NCBI GenBank assembly: GCA_044892525.1
Contig: CM097885.1
Location: 12,712,001-12,776,000 of the forward strand
Length of the DNA: 64,000 bases
Source of the DNA: Schmidtea polychroa
Taxonomy: Eukaryota
Direction: 5' to 3'
Position numbers and translations under genes: made by a program. Below the pieces are notes generated by a model. It did no database searches. It was not told where the DNA came from and saw only the letters and a list, made by a program, of their open reading frames with translations. This document shows, piece after piece, positions 42,271-61,829 of the stretch; position 1 is the stretch's first letter, and every line of letters begins with the position of its first letter.

Positions 42271-42970
42271 AACATACAATTTGTAGGACTATAGTTATAT
42301 ATAAACTAAACCTGCACGCTACTAACATAAAATTGTGTGCTTATTTCTCAAAAGGATGAATATAGAACCAGATGCATTTCGCATTGGTCTTTTCTTTCGG
42401 ACACTATGATGCTAACAAGAATTTATACACAATTTTCATATAGCCGAATTAATTTGGAAATAGTGTATAAGGACTGAGCAGTATTTTCAAATTCAATATT
42501 GAAACATTTACACTGGGTGATTTCTTTCTCTGATTCTGCCAAAAAATCACCCTACATGCTTTTTCATGCCATAACTTGTAAGTCATTGTTTTGTATTAAT
42601 ATTTGTTTCACCAATGGGATAATGCCGTCCACTCTCTTAAAATAAACTACCCCTCGTGAGGGAGGATATTAACAATTTTCAAACTCTTCCTTAGAATTTT
42701 AATTATTAAGTCTTAATTCGCTGATGAAGTTATAAACTTCCTTTATGAAATCGTAAAGGCAGCGTATAATTATAATTTCATAATTATTTATTTAGGCTTA
42801 TGAAGTTGAAAAGTACATTAAGGTAAAGAGAAATCCAGTTCACTTCAGAAAATCTATACGTATCGCACTTGCATACTTTTCAGTGAAAGGTTTAAATTAT
42901 CATTTAATTGTTTAATATTTTATTAATGCTAATACGAAGAAATCATCACTTTATAATAATTATTATTGTT

Positions 42971-43063
<93 letters not shown>

Positions 43064-44058
43064 TATAATAATAATTATAATAATTATATTAATGTTATTT
43101 TATGATATAAAAGTCATTTCAAGTCGTCAATGATATAGATTTATTAACTTTTATTGACTGTTGACAGTCGTAGTGCCATTCAGCACAATTATATGAAAGC
43201 ACTTGTGTATATCAATCATAAAATGCTTTTGGATTTTGGTGTAATTACCATGAAATTAGAAAATCTTGATAATAGTCAACAAAAATAGATGCAAAATTAT
43301 AATAATATAGTGATATAATATTACTAAAATAAAAAAAAGAATAAAAAAAAATTAATTAATTATCTATGGCGACATTAACACAGCTATAATTAATTAAACA
43401 ATAAATATAAATATTTATATTTAATATTAATTTCATTTATTTTCATTTTGACAAAAAATTAAATATAGTTTTTTTATTAAATTTCAAATAACATTTTATA
43501 ACATTTTATAAATCCGATAATTTGTGTTGAGTATAATAAAAACATTTTATTTTTTGTCAAAATGAAAATAAATGAAATTTCAAAAAATATATCAAAAATC
43601 GGTTCAAAAAAATTAGAAATTTTACTGATATTAATATTAACTTGAAAATCTTCAACGATAAATATAGAATGAAAAATTTCCCATTAATGGAGTTAATGAG
43701 ACCGTAAATTATAATAAATTGTATTTTCCGAAATATTTTTATATCGAATAATTCTATATTAAAAAATACAGTCCTCCCTCCACATAAAAGTAGTCAAAAA
43801 TTGGAAATTTTTTTTTATAATCATTTTATAATTAACATATATAATCAAGATAAAATATATTTTAAAATTTAGGAAATGTTGTGATTATTTCTAAAGTATT
43901 AATAATTCTAACGACATCAAAAATCAAAAAAAAATTTCTAATTAATATTATTCCTAGACTATTATACTAATTTTTAAATAATTTTAATAAATTTGTTTGT
44001 TTTACTACATCGACGAGTATATAATCTATCAAATTAAATCAGTTTTCATTCTATAATA

Positions 44059-50772
<6,714 letters not shown>

Positions 50773-51543
50773 AATCCTATTTAAAAATTTGAAAAAACTC
50801 ATTATTACATCATTTACTTATTAATTATCAACATATTTTGTAATTTTTCTCAAAATTATATCAACATTGAATTATTTTAAAAATATAATTTACTTACACT
50901 TAACACTTAAACTATAAAAACTGATCGAATTTTGCTACCTTAATCCTTAGCAAAACATTAAGTAGTTTCATCCAATTAACATAATTTCCAAATTGATACT
51001 GCTATAAGCAAACAACTTGTTTATCACATTCGCATGATAGAGCTAAAATAAAATTGTCTGTGTAATAAATGTTTTTTATATCTGTAATTTCACAATTTCA
51101 GATATTTTGAATTTACTGAAGAAAAGATTTTAATTCGTCATTTTACTTTTATTTTATTCACTAAATTCAAAATCCATAAATTCAGGATCATATATAGGGA
51201 CAATTATCCGATTAGGTTACAAATTAATAATCACAGGTATCCAAAAACCTTACTAAACCACTAATAATTGAAATGAACTTTCCCAAGTGACATTCTAAAA
51301 TTCATTTAGATCTTGGAGATTAAGAACAACTTCCGCTCTTCAATCGATGAAATGCGAAATCTATTTACTGATGCCAGAAATAGATCACATTAGATCAAAA
51401 GCGACTGAGATGCCGACCCGTCATTCATAAACAATCAAATTCTTTATTAATTAATAATTATAAAACCCCATACAACTAAGCGCTCTAACTAACTCTAATC
51501 ATCGCCATTTTCAAACAAAATCAACAAATTTAAAAATAAAATC

Positions 51544-51740
51544 TCTTATCCAATGCCACAAATAAATTATATTCTCAATAAGGTATCCAGAAATTCAATG
51601 TTCAGTAAAGTAGATCTAAAATCTGATTACCATGAGATTTCAATATATCCCGCAGAATATTATCTGACAGCCTTCGAAACTTGTGGTAAGTTATTCGAAT
51701 TCAAAAAACTACCAGTCCAATAAACTAATGCTGTACCAAA
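51544..51740 (+). mobile_element. Ty3/gypsy reverse transcriptase relic
   Basis: SYPMPQINYILNKVSRNSMFSKVDLKSDYHEI...TAFETCGKLFEFKKLP.*TNAVP. Confidence 0.8.
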
Positions 51741-52170
51741 TATTTCAGAAAACCATTGACAACCATTATCATTGGAGGCGAAACTCAAAAAAGACACGAT
51801 CACCTTAACAACCTTTAAATTAAGACAAAAGAATATTTTCTAAGATTCCCTTATCCTTTCTGGCGTATAGAATCAAAAATCAGTCACTCACCAAACCATG
51901 TACGATACAACATCTAATTGAATTCTTTGCATATTATGCCTAATAGATTCAAATTTGATCAAATTACATATAGATCCTAACCAACTGCAAAGGATGACTT
52001 TCCTTCCTTATGAAAACCAATGGAATTGGAAAACGACGCTTCAAACTGTTGATTAATTTATAAAGAAATCTGTTGAACTCAGCAGATTTTCCTTTAAAAT
52101 GTGCAATTGGACAACTGGGGTGTTTGTATGTTATTAAAAATATAAATTTTAATATTAGAATAGACTAAAT

Positions 52171-52419
52171 CAGCCAAGGCCAACCGGTGGCCTGTGAAGC
52201 ATTTTGATGTGGCCCAGACACAATTTTAAACATCAAATCAATAATTGTCTTTTTTAGAATTCATATTCGAATTAAGCATGTTTTTAATTTAAAAAAATGA
52301 TTCTAAGTTTATTTGAATCGTAAAAACGAGTTATATTTATTTAAATGAATTTATTGTGCCCCGTGATAGTATTTTTCCGAAAATTTGGCCTTTCGATTGA
52401 TTTGGGTTGGCCACCACTC
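52171..52419. mobile_element. Old hAT-type MITE
   Basis: 8-bp TSD GACTAAAT (52163-52170 and 52420-52427); imperfect TIR CAGCCAAGGCCAACC / GGTTGGCCACCACTC. Confidence 0.75.
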
Positions 52420-53319
52420 GACTAAATAATAAAAATTACTTTTAAATAACTTTTAACAAAAATAAAACTTTATTAGAAAAAAACTGTAAAATATATTTGC
52501 CAACTGTAATTGGGACCAATACATTCGGAAGACTATTTGTTTCTTTGGGATCTTTGTAGTTCTTTGAAAATTTCCTGTCTTCAAATTGGTTAATATTCAC
52601 TTTTCTTTTTATTATATTATTTAATTGTGGGAGCAACACTTCTTATATTCCAACTTGAAAATGTCACTCGTCTATCTCGAACTAATTCCCACTAACAATT
52701 AATGTTTTTAGCTGCAACTACAGTCATCTCTAGTCCTTTCAATGACAATAATTCCTCGTCAACCAAGGAGGACCAAACCACAACATTGTCAAATTTGGAA
52801 TTACAGAATCGAATAGCATTAACAAAAATAAATATTTCAAGTTGTAACAATTTAATTTGATTACCTACTTTTCCGATGAACTATAAGCCAATGAGAACCA
52901 ACCCACAACAATGTTGTCAGAAGTAGCCCGACCAACCACACAAAAGTAAATTCAGTACATTTCGCACCCCCCCCATTTCGGAATATCGGAGCGCCCTTAT
53001 CATCATTTATATTATTATTATTATTATCATTACTATCATTAATATTATTATTATCATTATCATTAATATCATTATTATTTCCCACCCTATATTTTTATTT
53101 ATTTTTAATAAAATTTATCTTCTTGGGCTATATACACCATACACGGGTCGTCACCATCTTTCTGCAATCCTTCGGACCTAAACTCGCTGCTTTCAGCGTG
53201 GACGTTACGATAAAGATGTAGAAACTCATCGGCACACTACAGCGACATTTTTCATACGGCGGTCCTTTGTTGCTATATTTTAATGGCGCGATTCTAAACG
53301 ACTTCGGAGTCACGTCAGG

Positions 53320-55070
53320 GTCAACTATCATATCTTATTCACTATATCTAGTCTATACCGTGATACCGATATTTATGTTAAGAAGCCCAAAATAGTCGCA
53401 AAAAAGCCAAGAGTTACCCGCGATGCCATCCCTGAACAGAGTTCAAAGGCCAAAATTAACTGCCATTTTTTCTGGATGAAAACCAATCTTCCTCCATTTG
53501 GTTGTTTACACCCGAAGCCCTTTTTAAAAGCTGTTCCGTCACTTCGTCGAGAGATAAATTCTACCGAATTTTATCTCTCATTCCACATAAACATTTAGGT
53601 CACCTTTCTTCGGTGATACATCACACAACTCCAATAACCTGTCAAACCTCTTTTGAGAAACTCAGTACCAGTTTGCTGAACTTATTTAAAGTCCCAAGAC
53701 AGGTAATTTTCTCCAAATGTTTTAAAGCCCAATCATAGGGACATGTAAACCATCAGAGATTTTGCAGAAGGCCATCGCAGACCTTGAACAAATGCAAGGT
53801 AGCACTACACCAAAACATTTTGCGTCATTTTTTCCTTCGTGTTTTAGCAACACAAACACAGCAAATTCTCTTCCCTATTCTCTCCGGAAGACATTATCGA
53901 GCTCGACAAAATGACCGACAAATTCACGAAATCGTCCCATTCGGTAGCACTTCAGGTCAATCTGTTAATAGCCTTCCCATAACGAACCCACCAACTGCTT
54001 CGGTTCAGAAAACGTCCTTCTTTGCGCTATCCGTGACCTGACTTACCGTATTTCTCATCTTGAGCGTCACAGGTCCCATTCTCTAAATTTCAAGGAAACA
54101 TCATCCTACCGTCGACATTATCAGTATCCAAGTCCTCTTTTATCATTCGAGATATGGCATGAAAGCAAATTGCTGCACATTGGATGTAGCTGGCGAAATA
54201 AACCAGCCACTTTGAAAATAGTGAATAATTGCATCTATACCGCACGGTTTGGTGATAAAGCCAATAAATACTTTATAGTTTGTAAATCCTTTAATTCCTT
54301 TTAATCAAGAAACATTGAACTAATCATGCGATAGTTCTCGCGGCTGAAGCCGATGGCAAACTACCTCTAACACTTGACCTATTCCTAGTAAGAGCTGAAT
54401 CCTCATCTTGCAGCGTGGCTCCAACAACAAACACGCTTTCGAATACGCTTTCCATTTGCCATTGTATTATGAATCTATTTGTGACGATTCCGTTTTCACC
54501 TTGAAAACCTCAAACGGAAGCACAATCTATACTCATAGCTCTTTTTCAGTCAATTTCATATTGCCATCTTTAAACCGATCTTTCGTATCGAAGTTTTGTG
54601 TTGCAGGTTATTCATCCGATACTCGGCTCAGACTTTCTCGTTCACGCCTTTTGCCGACACACTCCCACGCAAATCAAATATTACTTAATGATTCAAACAT
54701 CCATAACCTTCCTAAGACGTCAGCCAAAATCCAAGTGCCCACCAAAATTGTGCATCATAAAAATACTCTAACAGCGAAAAACCGCTGAAGGTCAGCTCGT
54801 CCACCCTTATTATCATTTCATTGAGACTACGATCTCTAGTCCCTCTCGTTGTAAAGGGCGTCCATTCGCAAATGAGAAACTTGACTTCGTCCGTTCCGAA
54901 TTCTCAAAACTTTTAAACGAAGGAATCATTAGAAGATCAAAATCACCATGGTCTTCACCTTACATCTTGCCCCCAAGAAGGATTTTAATTTTCGACCTTG
55001 CGTTGATTGTCGTCGTTTGAATATGATTATTCATATTCCATGCCTTTAATTAACGACATCCTTTACCGAA
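53320..55070 (+). mobile_element. Decayed Ty3/gypsy gag-pol fragment
   Basis: Gag-like EALFKSCSVTSSRDKFYRIL; RT N-terminus EFSKLLNEGIIRRSKSPWSSP..LAPKKD..FRPCVDCRRLN at about 54890-55025. Confidence 0.75.
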
Positions 55071-56794
55071 CAATAGTAGGAGCGGACCAATAAGCGGTGT
55101 AAGATATATGATTACTAGATTCTTGGGATGGAGCAAAGGTAGAAGAGAAAGAAGATGCGGTGGAAAATATTGATGGCATTTGGTAAAATGAAAAGTATAT
55201 ACAAATGGGTGGAAGTATATCAACAATCTAAAGTGATTTACGTGTTACACATCAAATTTTAAGTATTGACAACAGTTTAATTGTGATATTATTATCGTTG
55301 TTAACTCCTTTATTTTAGAAATTAAAAATTGAATATTAGAAAAACATTTGACTGAAATAGTTAAAGATGACCTTTTGGACACATCAAATTAAATATATTT
55401 TTCAATGGTAATTTTTAATGGAAATTTTTATGAAATAATTTTTTTAAGTTAATTTTTAATGGAAATTTTTATGAAATATTTTTCAATGATAATTTTTAAT
55501 GGAAATTTTTATGAAATATTTTTCAAAGACAAATTTTAATAATAATTCAACAACAAACCAACAACTTAGTACCAACACGTATTTACAACCAGATACCTAA
55601 AACTAGTTACTAACAACCCATTAACTAGCTACTAAGTACTATCAACCCACAACAACCAGCTAACAACTAACTACCACCTACCAACTACTCACAACCACCA
55701 TCAACCAGGTACTAAGCCTTAATTACCAACTACTAAGTACCTCCAACTAGTTACTAACAACCAGTTACCTGCTACCAAGTACTTACAACTAGATACCACG
55801 TACTAAATAACTCTCAAACAACCAAGTACCTACAACAAATTACCAGATACCAAGTACCTACAACTAGTTACTAACAACTAGTTACCTGATACTAAGTACC
55901 TACAACCACCTAACATGTACTAACAACCAAAAACAAGCAACCAACTAGGTACCAAGTACTTACAACCTTCAACAACCAGGTACTAAGCAATATTAACCAA
56001 CTACTAAGTACTAACAACATGTTACTTGCTACCTAGTACTTACAACTAGTTACTAACAACCAGTTACCAACTACTAAGTACCTACAGCCACCTACCCATT
56101 AACTAGCTACAACCAGCTAACAACTACCTATTAACTAGCTACAACCAGCTAACTAGGTACTAGATACCAAGTACTAACAACCAGTTACCAACTACTAAGT
56201 ACCTACAACCACCTACCAAGTACTAACAACCAACAACAACAAGGTACTAAGCATTATCAACCAACTACTAACAACCAAAAACAACCAACCAACTAGGTAC
56301 TAGATACTAAGTACCTACAACCAACTACCCATTAACTAGTTACAACCAGCTAACAACTAGCTACCACCTACCAAGTACTAACAACCAACAACTAAGCATT
56401 ATCAACCAAGTATTAACAACTATACCAAGTACTGTCAACTAGATACCAAACACTTACAACCAGATGACCACATGAAATTATTGGTTAAATATGAAAATAA
56501 GGGTTATATTTAGTTGTTAAGTAAATTATGGTGTAAAATTAAGTAATAAAGAATAATTAGGTAAATTAAGGATAAATTAAGGAAAATTAAGGTTTCAAAA
56601 TTTTAAATTAAGTAACCAATGGTTCAAATTTTAAATTAAAGCAAAAGGAGTAAATTAAAGTAATAATTTTTAAATAAGTAATGTAATAAGTAAATTAAAC
56701 TAAGATTTTTAAATTTATTATCAAAAGATTGAATAACCACCAACTTTTTTGAGAAATGTAATTTATAATGAAAATTTAAATGGAGATTTTAATG

Positions 56795-56855
<61 letters not shown>

Positions 56856-59649
56856 TATAATTATAATAATAATTAAACAGTTACCAACAATCGGTTACTA
56901 AATATTTTTAACTAGGTGCTAACAAATACTTTCAACATGTTACCACGTACTAACTAAATCTCAAACAACCAGATACTTACAACTAACTACTAAATATTCT
57001 TTATTGTATTTTATGAAATGCTTTTTAAATTAATTTTTTATCTGTCTTCAAAAATATATTTAATTACAATCAGTAGAAAAACCTTTTCAAATTTAACAAA
57101 AATGTTGATTTTCATCAAAAAATAATTGACAACTCATCACCACGTGAAATTCAAAATAATTTAAATTACAATGAAAGACTAATGAATTCTAATTTACAAA
57201 ACATTCTTCTTTTAATTGATTACTACTGACTTACTATTGCAACGTAAAATCGCATTCAATAAATACTTATTGTTGATTAGTTTTATTATATATACTCTGA
57301 GTTTATCCGACAGGATGTTTTGACCCCCTAAGGGTACAGGTCGTAAGGGTACTGGTCGTAAGGGTACTGGTAGTAAGGGTATTAGTCGTAAAGGTACTGG
57401 TCGTAAGGATATTGATAACTCTCAATCCCTTACCTACCCATTAACTAGCTACTAAGTACTAACAACCAGGTCTCAAACAACTAAATACTAAACACTTACA
57501 ATCAACTAACAATCAGGTACTAAGTATTATCAACCTATAACTATATAACAACAATCAGTAAACAACACTGTACCAACTACCAAATACAAGATACCAACAA
57601 CTTAGTACCAACAATCAACTAACCACACATAAAAATAATAGCAATTAAATACAAAATATTCTTCATCACATACACTATCTTCTTATCAAAATCTAAAAAG
57701 TCAACCAACTACTTACAACTAACAACTATGTACTAACAAATTGATCTTTAAAAGCAAATACTCATCACTTGACAAATTGGATGAAAAATTAATTGAACTC
57801 AAGGCATCAATAACTAGGTAAAAATTGATTAAATTATTGTAAAAAACTTAAATTATTCAAAACATACTAAATAAAAAAATGTAATTAATGGACAGGAAAG
57901 AACATTAAATTCTAGTCATTAATCATCCAGTAAATAAAAAAAAATACTGATCATTCAAGTTAATATGAATCGACTAAGTTAATAAATAATATCTAATAGA
58001 TAATTGATTTAGATTGAATAAATTAATTGAAATAAAATTAATTTTAATTATTTTTTTTAAAAGTAATACATGTACTCAAATTGATTGACTGATTTCACAA
58101 TATATTCAAAAAAATCAGTATAAATTCATTACAATTATCAAAGTCAGCAATCTACAATAAAAATAATTATCATTAAATTCCAAAAGAGACTAGAAAACTA
58201 ATGATAACATCTAACAAACCAGTAAATTCATTTAAATGTCAATAATTGGTATATCCAAGTGAATTCTCTAATAAAATCATCTAAAAAGCATCAAATATCC
58301 CCCTGAAATATCTATATCTTTTAAGATTAGTATCTTATCGATAAGTACTTGTTAAAGATCATATATTCCCCTCAAACTAACAAAATTCCTTAAAATCCCT
58401 TAAATGACTATATTTCAACCCTTAATTCATATTATTACAAATATTTCACTAAAATCATCTAAAAAGCATCAAATTTCATTGAAATAACTCTATCTTTAAA
58501 GATTGATATTTTAATGATAAGTACCCTTAAAAGATCACATATTCCCCTCAAACTAATAAGATTCCTTAAAATCCCTTTAAATGACTATAATTCTAACTTT
58601 AATTCCTATTATCACGTATATTTCCTTATAAAACATGTAAAATAATTTGGTCATTAACCCTAAATAATTTATAAAATCTAATGATAAAACCGGTTATAAT
58701 TAAATTTTTGTTAATCACTGTAAATAATTGTAAATCACTACTCGAAATTTAAAATAAATATAACTGACTAGGTCCCATTGAAAGATTAAATTTATCCATT
58801 CAATAAAATATATTTCTTCAAATGATCATTTTTACCAATATTCAACCAATTTAATTACTAATTAAAATCAATCTATAGATTTCTTTCAATAAAGATCAAT
58901 TTTATTTAGTCGATGTTTTAAATCAATATTTCTCAACTTTTGTCATTCTCCGCTTAAATAAAGAAAAAAAAATAATTTAAAGTTGATATCAACCCCAATT
59001 ATCTGTAAAGATTTCATTGTCAAAACCAAGTAAATCGATCATTATCCCTACTTAATAAAACATTGTTCTAAATTAATTTCACATTATTATTGATTCATAA
59101 CTGACTAATTGACATTTCCCTTAAAACATTGATATTTTACTAACATCATCCTTAAAAAATCATATATTCCCACCTTATCCGATCCCTCATTAAATTCAAT
59201 CGACTATATCTCCCTTACAATGATAGATTCCCATTTTAACCGATCTCTTATTAAATCTAACCGACTATATCCCCATTAAAAAATCATATATTCCAATCTT
59301 AACCCATCCCTCATTAAATCTAACCAACAATATCCCCTCAAAAGATCATATTTTCCCATCTTAACCGATCTCTCAGCAAATATTTCTACCCTTTTAAACA
59401 TCTATCCGATTATATCCCTTAATTTCCCTAAAGATTCCACCCACTTGAATCCTCCTTTAATTCAGTCAATCCTCTTAAAATCCTTAGAGAACTGCAAAAT
59501 ATGACTTTTAATTAATTGTTATAGACACCAGACATTCTTCCATTGAAATAATTTAGAAGCTAAATAATAAGAGCCCACTAAAAGATCAAAATTCACTAAA
59601 TTTTCTACAAATATTTACCATCAAATACCTAACTGGAGATGATATATAT

Positions 59650-59997
59650 CAGGGGTGCCCATAAGGTCGATCGCGATCTACCGGTAGATCGCGAAGGATT
59701 TTTTAGTAGATCTTCATAAAAAAATATTTTTTATATAAATTTAGATTTTCTATAAAATTTCTGTTCTATGCTTAAATTTTTTGCCAATTTTCATGTTCTG
59801 TGTTCCATTTCTATGGTAATACTAAATAACATTTTTTAATTTTGATTTCACCATTTCCAAAATGTTATTTAGTTTAATTTATTTTAATTTAATTTTGTTT
59901 ATTTAGTTTAAATATTATGTAAGTATTAAAAAAGTAGATCGCATACACATTTTGGATGTGAATGTAGCTCTCCTAGAAAAATTAGTGGGCACCCCTG
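59650..59997. mobile_element. Second copy of the CAGGGGTGCCCA hAT MITE
   Basis: Near-identical to 2025-2371; 8-bp TSD ATATATAT. Confidence 0.95.
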
Positions 59998-61551
59998 ATA
60001 TATATTGTTTGATCATAATTCTTCAGCTATTCAACCAATCATTTTCAAGCAATAAGAGCAAACTAAATTTCTGTATATCCTACAATCATTTTCAAGTAAA
60101 TTTAAAGTTAACTGGTTTCTTAGCTTAGGTTTTTAAAAGTTCATCAATGTGTAAATATTCTTAGAAAATTATTGAAAACATTATTTGGTCAAATATATTA
60201 CAAAGTTATCATTTAAATTTTATTCTATCACTTAATTATTAACCTAATTGTCAATGAAATTAATTTAAAATTTAAAAACTATTCAATAAAATACAACTAA
60301 TTATCAAGAAATTAATTAAATTTATCACCATTAAAATTTTTAATCAGTCAACATGAAATTCTTAGAAAATTATTCAATATCCTCATCAAAATTTATCCTA
60401 CCACTTGATTATTGTAAAAACTCTAATTATTAACCTCATTGAAAATAATTTTTTATTTAAAATTAAAAAACAAGTCTATAAAAATGCATCCAATTATCAA
60501 GAAATTAATTAAATTTATCTTAGAACTAACTTTAAATTTTTAAATATTCTTTCAATAAACATGAAATTCACAAAAATGATAGAAATTCATAAAAATGATA
60601 GAAAATTACAAAAAACGATAAAAATTCACAAAAAACGATAAAAATTCACAAAAATGATAGAAATTTACTTGAATATTTACTAAAACCAACAACTCTAAAA
60701 ATTATCAATGGATGCCTTAAACAACAAATTTGCCTAAATAATCATTCAAATAGAAGCATTAAATACCTTTACGACTAATACCCTTGCGACATGTTGAATG
60801 TGAGTAGTACCCTTGTGAGCAATACCCATAGGGGGACAGAATATTTTGTCGGATAAACTCAGAGTATATATTAATTAACTCATTCAAATTTATCATTGAA
60901 TTAGTCAAATTATCATAAATTTCGATAAAAATTCTAAAGTGGTAAGCAATGTAAAGAGAAATATTCTTTAAACTTTGATAAAATTAACATTGAAGGTGGT
61001 AAGAATCTTCATTAAAGTGAGGAAATTATTCATTACTCGATGATAAATTCAAATGGGTGAAAATAATTGGTAGAATAATTCATTAATTAATTCATTAAAC
61101 TCAGAGTATATATAATAAAACTGATCAACAATAAGTATTTATTGAATGCGATTTTACGTTGCAATAATAAGTCAGTAGTAATCAATTAAAAGAAGAATGT
61201 TTTGTAAATTAGAATTCATTAGTCTTTCATTGTAATTTAAATTATTTTGAATTTCACGTGGTGATGAGTTGTCAATTATTTTTTGATGAAAATCAACATT
61301 TTTGTTAAATTTGAAAAGGTTTTTCTACTGATTGTAATTAAATATATTTTTGAAGACAGATAAAAAATTAATTTAAAAAGCATTTCATAAAATACAATAA
61401 AGAATATTTAGTAGTTAGTTGTAAGTATCTGGTTGTTTGAGATTTAGTTAGTACGTGGTAACATGTTGAAAGTATTTGTTAGCACCTAGTTAAAAATATT
61501 TAGTAACCGATTGTTGGTAACTGTTTAATTATTATTATAATTATAATTACA

Positions 61552-61594
<43 letters not shown>

Positions 61595-61602
<8 letters not shown>

Positions 61603-61766
61603 TAAAACAATAAAATGATAATTTAAGCCTTTTGCTGCAAATAATGTATTTAATGAAAGAATTTTCGACTATACGATAGGACTATCGTATAGTCGAAAAT
61701 TCTTTCATTAAATACATTATTTGCAGCAAAAGGCTTAAATTATCATTTTATTGTTTTAAATAATAA
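61595..61766. repeat. Perfect palindrome, 85-bp arms, 2-nt spacer
   Basis: ...TTTTCGACTATACGATAG GA CTATCGTATAGTCGAAAA...; arms 61595-61679 and 61682-61766. Confidence 0.95.
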
Positions 61767-61797
61767 ATGCTGCTACCAAGCAATCATCATTTTATAC

Positions 61798-61829
<32 letters not shown>

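Noticed and set aside
43430..43579. Approximately 30-bp inverted repeat upstream of BCKDHA
   Set aside because: Very AT-rich, no TSD; cannot be assigned as a MITE or regulatory element.
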